Of a DNA stretch of 64,000 nucleotides, positions 55,965-64,000 are shown piece by piece. Position 1 is the stretch's first letter. Each line of letters begins with the position of its first letter. The position numbers were made by a program, and so were the translations under genes. A model generated the notes under the pieces. It did not search any database, had not been told where the DNA came from, and saw only the letters and a program-made list of their open reading frames with translations. This DNA is from Anaerolineaceae bacterium (GTDB lineage Bacteria > Chloroflexota > Anaerolineae > Anaerolineales > Anaerolineaceae), in contig DATKLX010000229.1 of the NCBI GenBank assembly GCA_035542155.1, forward strand, positions 442 to 64,441, read 5' to 3'.

Positions 55965-56808
55965 TCTGGGGACTGGGGATCTCGACCAGGTGCCCTTCGC
56001 GGAGGGAGAACACCCGCCCGGCGCGCGCCGCGGCTTCAGCGCTGTGGGTGACCAGGATCAGGTTTGCGTCCGATGCGGAGACCAGGCGAATGAGCAGGTT
56101 GAGGACCTGTTTCCCGGTCTCCTCATCCAGGTTGCCGGTTGGCTCGTCGGCCAGGACCAGGACCGGCCGGTGGACCAGGGCGCGGACGATGGCGACGCGC
56201 TGCTGCTCGCCCCCCGAGAGCCGGTCCGGATAGGTTTTCTCGCGCCCGGAGAGGCCGACTTCGGCGAGCAGGCCGCGAGCGCGCTCCAGACCGGATGGAG
56301 GCATACTCCCGGTCAATTCGAGGGGCAGGGTTACATTTTCCCAAACCGTCAGGGTTGGGATCAGGTTAAAAAACTGGAAGATAAAGCCGATTGCCTGGCG
56401 GCGGAAGAGGGTGCGCTGGTGATCGTCCAGGGCAGTCAGGTTCAGCCCGTCGATGAAGATCTCCCCGCAGTCGACCCGGTCGATCCCGCTGATCAGGTTG
56501 AGAAGGGTCGTTTTCCCGCTACCGCTTTTACCCAGGATGGCGATGATTTCGCCCCTGGAGACCTGCAGGGTCGTCGCGTGGAGAACCACGCGTGTCTGTT
56601 CGCCCTCCGGGTAGGATTTGCACAGCTCGCTGAGGAAAAGAAAATTCTCGGTTTGGGTACGAGGTCCGAGGGTCGCCTGCCCTGGCGGATAGGCCAGGGA
56701 GAACCGGGCACCGACATCTGCTGGTTCTAATCCCCTGTTAATATTTTGCTTTATACTGATTTTCACTGTACTTTGCTGTTCTCCACTTTTATTCGAACCA
56801 CTGGCCAC
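55954..56808 (-). CDS. ABC transporter ATP-binding protein (LolD/MacB-type)
   Basis: It has Walker A GKSGSGKTT, the signature LSGGEQQR and Walker B LVLADEPT. The true start may be downstream of 56808. Confidence 0.85.
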   Translation of the reverse strand: MASGSNKSGEQQSTVKISIKQNINRGLEPADVGARFSLAYPPGQATLGPRTQTENFLFLSELCKSYPEGEQTRVVLHATTLQVSRGEIIAILGKSGSGKTTLLNLISGIDRVDCGEIFIDGLNLTALDDHQRTLFRRQAIGFIFQFFNLIPTLTVWENVTLPLELTGSMPPSGLERARGLLAEVGLSGREKTYPDRLSGGEQQRVAIVRALVHRPVLVLADEPTGNLDEETGKQVLNLLIRLVSASDANLILVTHSAEAAARAGRVFSLREGHLVEIPSPQNGR

Positions 56809-56858
56809 GAACCACCGACCACTGGCTTTACAATTCTAACGGAAATCCGGTAAACACG

Positions 56859-56866
56859 TGTATAAT
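56859..56866 (+). promoter_or_regulatory. extended -10 element (TGTATAAT) upstream of ssrA
   Basis: TG-n-TATAAT ends 11 nt before the first base of the mature tmRNA. I see no convincing -35. Confidence 0.45.
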
Positions 56867-56877
56867 ATGGATAATCT

Positions 56878-57276
56878 GGGGATGACAGGCTTCGACGGAG
56901 GAGGCTGGTCCCGGATTGCGAGCCGAGAGGTGCCGACCTCGATAAATCAGCACAAACCTTTAAGTGCCAACCGCACGAACTACGCTGCTCTTCCTCTCGC
57001 TGCTTAATCAGTGAGGTGAATCAGCAATGACCTCTGCGGAGGTCACGTCCGCCTACTCCGCTGTCTGACCGGCAGCAGGACCGGGCGTCACAAAGTCAGA
57101 ATGCCGCGCGCGATGTCGCTAAGCGCGCGAAAGAGGGCTTTCGGGTCCGAGCGACTGGCCGGACGTCAATCCCGTTGGCCGGCGGACGTTCCGGCGAAAC
57201 TGAGAGGCCAACTACGCTCGTAGAGATCCGAGGGTCGAATCTTTCGGACGCGGGTTCAACTCCCGCCATCTCCACC
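56878..57276 (+). ncRNA. ssrA: tmRNA (transfer-messenger RNA, one-piece)
   Basis: The 5' end GGGGATGACAGGCTTCGACGG pairs with the 3' end CATCTCCACC (acceptor stem with a G3:U pair). The T-arm is GGACGCGGGTTCAACTCCCGCC. The internal tag ORF GCC AAC CGC ACG AAC TAC GCT GCT CTT CCT CTC GCT GCT TAA (56966-57007) encodes ANRTNYAALPLAA. Confidence 0.9.
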
Positions 57277-57312
57277 TTAACTACGATCTTGTCCACAAGG
57301 TTAGTTCCACTC

Positions 57313-57337
57313 AAAAAACGGCGAGAAGCCGTTTTTT
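57313..57337 (+). terminator. intrinsic terminator after ssrA
   Basis: AAAAAACGGC-GAGAA-GCCGTTTTTT. Confidence 0.8.
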
Positions 57338-57443
57338 GATTTCATCGGAGATCCTTTGGTTTAGAGACATTTTCCATGATTGTTCTTTATCATGGAAACG
57401 GTTACAATCAAATTGTCCTTTTCTATTAAAAGCGACGGTGGGG

Positions 57444-60400
57444 ATGGAAAAAATCCAGTACATCGATTTTGACATCCGGATCGAACGGCGCGAGGATGCA
57501 TATCGAGCTGTGGTTTTGAATTCACCGGCTGGAGAGGCAGAGACTCTTTTTCAACTTCCCTGGCTTGGCTCTGACCTGGATAACCTGATCCGCCGGATGG
57601 GCCATTTGAGGGGTGGAATTCGCAGGCTGGAATCTCCTGAAAGTGAAACCGCTCGCATTTTTGGCTCAGGCCTGTTCAACGCATTATTTTCCAATGCCGT
57701 TCGTTCCTGTTTCGAAAGCTCCCGCGCTCGCTTGAAAGAAGGCAGCGGCCTGCGTCTGCGCCTTCGCCTCTCCGAAGTCCCAGAATTATTGGACGTTCCC
57801 TGGGAATTCTTATACGATCCAGAGGCAGACCGGTTCCTGATCCTCTCCGTGGAAACACCGCTGGTCCGGTATATCGACCTGCCGCACGTTGCAGGTCCAT
57901 TGCAGGTCCAGCCGCCGCTCGAGATCATAGCGGCGATATCTTCCCCCCGAGATTACCGCCCGCTGGATGTTGCGCGGGAGTGGGATAAACTCAAGCAGGC
58001 GCTCAGCGATCTTGAAAAGAACGGCCTGGTCCGCATGCACGGCCTGGAGAGTGCGACTCTTGCGAATCTGCATCGCCAGTTACGCCGGCAAGCCTGCCAT
58101 ATTTTCCATTTTATCGGCCATGGAATCTTTGATGAGGCAGCCCAGGATGGGATCCTGCTTTTCGAGGATGAGGGTAACCGGGGCCGCCCGGTTACCGGGC
58201 GAGAATTGGGCACACTGTTTTACGATTATCGCTCGTCGATGCGATTGGTGATGTTGAATGCCTGCGAAGGGGCGCGGACATCCCGGTCGGATCCCTTCGC
58301 TGGGGCTGCGCAAAGCCTGGTTCAAAAAGGCATCCCGGCGGTCATCGCCATGCAATTTGAAATCTCTGAAGAAGCTGCGATCACCCTGGCGCATGAATTC
58401 TACTCGGCCCTTTCTGAAGGCTATCCTGTGGATGCGGCCCTTTCCGAAGCACGAAAATCGATCTATACCCAGAGCGCAGAATATACTTCGAATGTGGAAT
58501 GGGGAACCCCGGTTCTGTACATGCGCTCGCCAGATGGGGTTATCTTTGATATCCAGGCTCACCCCTCTCCTCTTGAGGTTAGAGAACCTCCGATTCAACC
58601 AGATCTTACGGCAGAAAAGCTGAACCGGCTGTATGATGATGGCCTGGAAGCCTACGTGCTGGGCCAATGGGAAAAAGCCTGCGCGGCTTTCGAAGCGGTT
58701 TTAAAGCTGAACCCGAGTTATCAGGATGCATCCGCCAGGCTGGAAGAGTGCCAGAAAAAAGCCCGCCTCGTCGCCTTACAATCCAAGGCCAACCTGGCGA
58801 TTGAGGGTATGAACTGGGATGAGGCTGTTCAGATCCTGGAAGAGCTGGTCTCCCTTGACCCAACCTACGGCCAATCAGAATTGCTGTTAGCCAACACCCG
58901 CAAGCAGAAGCAAATCTCCGGGCTGTATGCACAGGCAAAACGCCTGCATCATTCCGAAAAATGGGAGGCTGTGCTTAAAATACGCGACCAGATCCGCACG
59001 CTCGAGCCACAGCCTGCCGACCCGGACAATCTATTTCCTGCGGCTCAAGCCGCGCTGGACGAGATCCAGAAACAATCCAGGTTGGAAAAAACTTATAACT
59101 TGGCTTTGAGGGAGATTGCGGCCGGGAACTGGGATAACGCTGCTCAACTGCTCTTTGAAATCCAGTCCATCCAGCCAGGTTACCGCGAATCCGACCGCCT
59201 TGCTCAGATCGTCGATACCAACCGGAAAGAGACCATCGAGCGGAAGCAGCGCCAGGAGCAGGTCACTCTTTTATACGCGCAAGCCGCGGAACATGCCCGA
59301 TCCCGCCGCTGGGAAAAAGCGCTGGCAATCATGGAGCAAATCACAAAGCTTGAGCCAGCATTTCCCGATTCTCAAGGAATCGCCAGCCGCGCCCAGATAG
59401 AGCTTGAGCAATTGCAACAGAAAGCGGAGACGCAAAAACGGGTCATCGCCCAAATTGTCCATAAAAACAAACCAGAGAACTTTGAACCGGTGTCCTCCGA
59501 TGAAATTTCTACAGGTATCTCTCAACATAAAGGGATAAATGTAATCCCTGAAAACTTCTCGAATTCCTTTGATTTCAATATATTCTTTAAACAGGTAAGA
59601 TCAAGGTTATCTACGTATGACCATTCGTTCGAGGGATTTATAAAGCAACTGAATCGGAATCAGAAAATTCTTATGGTGGGAATTGTATTGTTGGTTTTGA
59701 CTCTGGCGGCAGGATTGGTTTTATTCATATTAGGTGCGGGGGGAAGTTTTCTCAAACCCGCCAATCCAGGTGTTACTGGTTATAGCTCATACATTTACTT
59801 TGTGTCAGACCAGGATGGGAAGAAAGAGATTTTCAGCCTCGTAAATGGGAACCGGATCCAGGTCACACACACTCCGGGTCAATTCCAAAGCTGGAATCCG
59901 GTTATATCCCCAGACGGAATGTATTTCACGTCCAATCGCAACGGAAAACAAGAAATTTATCTCCTCGACAACCAGGGGATAATGCAGGTTACGCATACAC
60001 CCGGGAATTTTCAGAGCTGGAATCCGAATTACGCTCCAGATAGAAGTCTGTTGTTTACGTCTGACCGATCCGGCGGGAAAGAGGTTTATAGGCTGGATCA
60101 AAAGGGAACAACCAAAGTCACTTCAAGCTCTCAAGGAGAAAGCTGGGATCCATTTGTCTCCCTAAATGGCGAAATCTTTTTTACTTCGAACCGCAGCGGA
60201 AAACGTGAGGTTTATCGGCTCAACAATAATGGTGTATCAAGATTGACAAACACACCAGGGAAATTCGAAAGCTGGGATCCCTTCGTAGACGATGATGGGA
60301 CTATATATTTCACATCTAACCGAGACGGTACCGTAGAAATTTTTAAACTTGAAAAAGGGCAGACTGTTCAAATGACAAATACTCCCAATGGTAAAAATAG

Positions 60401-60554
60401 CTGGGGAGTCCTCGATGTTAGCAATGGCACGATGATATTCTCTTCCGATCGAAACCAGAAGTCTGAAATATTTCTCATGGATATGAAAGGGGTAATACAA
60501 ATAACTCATACAAGAGGTGACAGGGTAAGCTGGTCAGTCAGCAGCGAGGATTAA
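57444..60554 (+). CDS. CHAT (caspase-like) protease - TPR - TM - PD40/TolB-like beta-propeller protein
   Basis: I prefer ATG 57444. The CHAT His block is HIFHFIGHG and the Cys block is LVMLNACEGA. About 5 TPR-like units follow. The TM helix is ILMVGIVLLVLTLAAGLVLFILGAGG. Six repeats of the YFTSNRNGKQEIY (PD40) type complete the protein. Confidence 0.8.
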   Translation: MEKIQYIDFDIRIERREDAYRAVVLNSPAGEAETLFQLPWLGSDLDNLIRRMGHLRGGIRRLESPESETARIFGSGLFNALFSNAVRSCFESSRARLKEGSGLRLRLRLSEVPELLDVPWEFLYDPEADRFLILSVETPLVRYIDLPHVAGPLQVQPPLEIIAAISSPRDYRPLDVAREWDKLKQALSDLEKNGLVRMHGLESATLANLHRQLRRQACHIFHFIGHGIFDEAAQDGILLFEDEGNRGRPVTGRELGTLFYDYRSSMRLVMLNACEGARTSRSDPFAGAAQSLVQKGIPAVIAMQFEISEEAAITLAHEFYSALSEGYPVDAALSEARKSIYTQSAEYTSNVEWGTPVLYMRSPDGVIFDIQAHPSPLEVREPPIQPDLTAEKLNRLYDDGLEAYVLGQWEKACAAFEAVLKLNPSYQDASARLEECQKKARLVALQSKANLAIEGMNWDEAVQILEELVSLDPTYGQSELLLANTRKQKQISGLYAQAKRLHHSEKWEAVLKIRDQIRTLEPQPADPDNLFPAAQAALDEIQKQSRLEKTYNLALREIAAGNWDNAAQLLFEIQSIQPGYRESDRLAQIVDTNRKETIERKQRQEQVTLLYAQAAEHARSRRWEKALAIMEQITKLEPAFPDSQGIASRAQIELEQLQQKAETQKRVIAQIVHKNKPENFEPVSSDEISTGISQHKGINVIPENFSNSFDFNIFFKQVRSRLSTYDHSFEGFIKQLNRNQKILMVGIVLLVLTLAAGLVLFILGAGGSFLKPANPGVTGYSSYIYFVSDQDGKKEIFSLVNGNRIQVTHTPGQFQSWNPVISPDGMYFTSNRNGKQEIYLLDNQGIMQVTHTPGNFQSWNPNYAPDRSLLFTSDRSGGKEVYRLDQKGTTKVTSSSQGESWDPFVSLNGEIFFTSNRSGKREVYRLNNNGVSRLTNTPGKFESWDPFVDDDGTIYFTSNRDGTVEIFKLEKGQTVQMTNTPNGKNSWGVLDVSNGTMIFSSDRNQKSEIFLMDMKGVIQITHTRGDRVSWSVSSED

Positions 60555-60629
60555 TAGAAGATCTTCCTTCTGGGGGGTCATGAAACCATTTGTTATGTTA
60601 GATAAGCGTCGAATTGGCAAAACACCTGC

Positions 60630-60658
60630 TTGACTCCCGCTTCGTGGCGAGGTATAAC
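60630..60658 (+). promoter_or_regulatory. sigma-70-like promoter upstream of VOC gene
   Basis: TTGACT - 17 nt - TATAAC lies about 70 nt upstream of ATG 60727. An AAGGAAGG RBS is present. Confidence 0.45.
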
Positions 60659-60726
60659 ATAAGTCGAACATACGTTCTTTATTGTGGATATAAATTCGAC
60701 ATTTTGGATCTTTAAGGAAGGTGATC

Positions 60727-61119
60727 ATGTTTCAGCCAAAATCAGCATTCAGCGGTTTTTCGGTGGATAACCTTGCTAAGGCCAGGAATTTTTACAGCCA
60801 GATCCTCGGCGTGGAGGTATTGGAAAACGGAATGGGACTGGAGCTTCATTTGCCGGGCGGCGCAACGGTGTTCGTCTATGAGAAACCAAACCACGTGCCG
60901 GCCACTTTTACCATTTTGAATTTCCAGGTGGAGGACATCGACGAGGCGGTGGAAGCGCTCACCCGGCGCGGGGTCAGGTTCGAACGCTATGAGGGAGAAT
61001 ACGGGACAGACTCGAAGGGCATCACCCGCGGAATTGCCAGGAATCAAGGCCCAGATATCGCCTGGTTCAAGGACCCGGCCGGGAATTTTCTGGCAGTGCT
61101 GCAGAGTCCAGAGAGGTAA
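60727..61119 (+). CDS. VOC (glyoxalase/bleomycin resistance) family protein
   Basis: It is a protein of about 130 aa with the beta-alpha-beta-beta-beta pattern. [10 protein letters not shown] and [12 protein letters not shown] are typical VOC blocks. Confidence 0.75.
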   Translation: MFQPKSAFSGFSVDNLAKARNFYSQILGVEVLENGMGLELHLPGGATVFVYEKPNHVPATFTILNFQVEDIDEAVEALTRRGVRFERYEGEYGTDSKGITRGIARNQGPDIAWFKDPAGNFLAVLQSPER

Positions 61120-61122
61120 AGA

Positions 61123-61389
61123 ATGGGCCAGTTCTTCGATGTAAAGTGGCCCTGGATCGAAGCCAGCCACGGGCAGCGGGATGTCCTGCTCTCCGGGCTG
61201 AACGATGCGGATCTGGTTTTCGTACCGGGAGAGCAGCCTATCCTGCGCCCGACCGGCAACACCTTTTCCCCCGGCGATCAGGTAGATATTTACGTCCAGG
61301 CGATGATGGTCTTTTTCGGGAAGGCGGTGGTGTATTTCCGGACAATGAATAAGCCGCTGCCTCCCAGCATCGAGGAGTACATTGCCTGA
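61123..61389 (+). CDS. hypothetical protein (88 aa)
   Basis: The ORF starts 3 nt after the VOC stop and abuts the convergent rlmI stop. I recognise no family. Confidence 0.35.
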   Translation: MGQFFDVKWPWIEASHGQRDVLLSGLNDADLVFVPGEQPILRPTGNTFSPGDQVDIYVQAMMVFFGKAVVYFRTMNKPLPPSIEEYIA

Positions 61390-62577
61390 TCATTCTTTTT
61401 GACAAATCAACCCTTTCAAATAGGCCCCTTCCGGGAAGCTCAGCAGCACGGGGTGATCCGGGCCCTGCTCGAGGTGGGCGACGATGCGCGCGTCGACGCC
61501 GGCGTCCTGCGCTGCCCCGGCGACGATCTTCTGAAACAACTCTGGGGAAATTCCCCCCGAGCAGGAGAAGGTGAACAGCGTACCGCCCGGGTTAAGCAGC
61601 TTGAGCGCCAGCAGGTTGATGTCCTTGTAGCCGCGCGCCGCCCGTTCGGCCTGGGCAGAGGTGGGAGCGAACCTGGGCGGATCGAGGACGATCAGGTCGA
61701 AGGAGCGCGCCTGGTCGCGGAAGGAACGCAGGACGTGAAAGACGTCGCCCTCCAGCCAAGCAGCCCGGTCTCCGGGAAATCCGTTCAGGCGAACGTTTTC
61801 CGCAGCCAGCGCCAACGCATCTGTGGACGTATCCACCGAGAGGACCGTCCGCGCTCCGCCTCTCAGCGCCGCCAGGGTAAACCCACCGGTGTAAGAAAAA
61901 CAGTTCAACACGGATTTTCCGGCCGCCCAGGGGACCAGCCTGGTCCGGTTGGCCCGCTGATCGAGGTAAAACCCGGTCTTATGGCCTCGCTTCACATCGA
62001 CCAGGAAGCGCAGCCCATTTTCGCAGATTTCGGCCCGCTCGGGCGGTTCCGCGCCGCGCAGCGGACCCACCCGCTCGGGGAGGCCCTCCAGCCGCCGGAC
62101 ATCCACGTCCGAGCGCTCGTACACCTGGTCCAGGCCGGTTTCCTCAGCCAGGATTTCTACCAGGACCTCCTTCCAGGCTTCAGCCCCGGCAGAGAGGATT
62201 TGGGTCACGAGTAAACCGGGATAGCGGTCGACGATTAACCCGGGCAGGCCGTCCGATTCGGCATGAACCAGGCGGTAGGCATCCGTTTCCCCTGGGGGGA
62301 CTACCTCGTTCCGGTAACGGATGGCATCCTGGATGCGGCGGCGAAAAAAATCCGCGCCGACAAGCTCGTCTTCTCGGGTGGTCCACAACCGGGCGCGGAT
62401 TTGCGAGGCCGGGCTGTAGGCTGCCCGGCCCAGGAATTCTCCGCTCTGGGCGCAGACGGAAACAGTCTCGCCAGGTACAGGATCCCCTTCGACACGCTGG
62501 ATCGAGCCTGAGAAGATCCAGGGATGGCGCAGCCGGATGGATTTTTCCCGCCCCGCCTTGAGAATAATCCTGGACAT
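61390..62577 (-). CDS. rlmI: class I SAM-dependent rRNA (cytosine-C5) methyltransferase, RlmI-like (PUA + MTase)
   Basis: The N-terminus has KSIRLRHPWIFSGSI, DGLPGLIVDRY is present, and the SAM fold has VLNCFSYTGGF ... LDPP. Confidence 0.8.
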   Translation of the reverse strand: MSRIILKAGREKSIRLRHPWIFSGSIQRVEGDPVPGETVSVCAQSGEFLGRAAYSPASQIRARLWTTREDELVGADFFRRRIQDAIRYRNEVVPPGETDAYRLVHAESDGLPGLIVDRYPGLLVTQILSAGAEAWKEVLVEILAEETGLDQVYERSDVDVRRLEGLPERVGPLRGAEPPERAEICENGLRFLVDVKRGHKTGFYLDQRANRTRLVPWAAGKSVLNCFSYTGGFTLAALRGGARTVLSVDTSTDALALAAENVRLNGFPGDRAAWLEGDVFHVLRSFRDQARSFDLIVLDPPRFAPTSAQAERAARGYKDINLLALKLLNPGGTLFTFSCSGGISPELFQKIVAGAAQDAGVDARIVAHLEQGPDHPVLLSFPEGAYLKGLICQKE

Positions 62578-62581
62578 CCAA

Positions 62582-64000
<1,419 letters not shown>

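Noticed and set aside
57336-57443. The TTG start at 57336 for the CHAT ORF.
   Set aside because: That codon lies within the ssrA terminator hairpin and T-tract. ATG 57444 gives the typical CHAT N-terminus (MEKIQYIDFDIRIERREDAYRAVVLNSPAGE).
56878-60720. A genomic island integrated at ssrA carrying the CHAT gene.
   Set aside because: I found no integrase, recombinase or phage genes. I also found no downstream direct repeat of the ssrA 3' end by eye. Only the 3' third of the CHAT gene is compositionally atypical. I kept the compositional break as a finding, but classical island status is not supported.
2084-62214. Many long antisense ORFs appear in the track: 2084-2872, 7510-8370, 28436-29230, 30751-31599, 33612-34352, 52647-53501, 54394-55110, 55990-56730 and 61399-62214.
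   Set aside because: Each lies opposite a gene with unambiguous family motifs (comEA/yqeY, response regulators, lon, folC, radical SAM, AttH, FtsX, ABC ATPase, rlmI). Their products are Arg/Gly/Pro-rich, as is typical of non-coding frames in GC-rich DNA.

Overview
The window looks like a contiguous, mostly housekeeping chromosomal segment from a moderately GC-rich bacterium (roughly high-50s % G+C by eye). Gene content and Firmicutes-like synteny suggest Chloroflexota, possibly Anaerolineae-like; this is inference only, with no search run. I support about 62 protein-coding genes, 2 tRNAs (Arg-CCG, Val-TAC), one tmRNA (ssrA) and several intrinsic terminators. I found no CRISPR array, rRNA, transposase, integrase or recognisable prophage. 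Recognisable core genes include ybeY, dgkA, purB, rpe, rpmB, recG, coaD, lon, folC, rex, mreB, ruvA, ruvC, yebC, rlmI and ligA. Four regions deserve a second look. (1) 7059-14053 is a seven-gene same-strand cluster: Hanks kinase with beta-propeller, PP2C, J-domain-VWA fusion, Zn-ribbon-FHA, a 79-aa ORF, and two response regulators with no histidine kinase. (2) 57444-60554, immediately downstream of ssrA, encodes a 1036-aa CHAT (caspase-like) protease-TPR-TM-PD40 propeller protein whose 3' third is abruptly A+T-rich. (3) 45666-49711 is a two-sortase locus with a mucin-like Pro/Thr-repeat surface protein carrying a non-canonical IPVTG sorting signal and a third orphan response regulator. (4) 32625-35231 is a split TIGR03960/TIGR03936-type radical-SAM pair of unknown function. 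All family assignments rest on motifs read from the translations and on remembered family signatures; no database search or computation beyond hand counting was possible.
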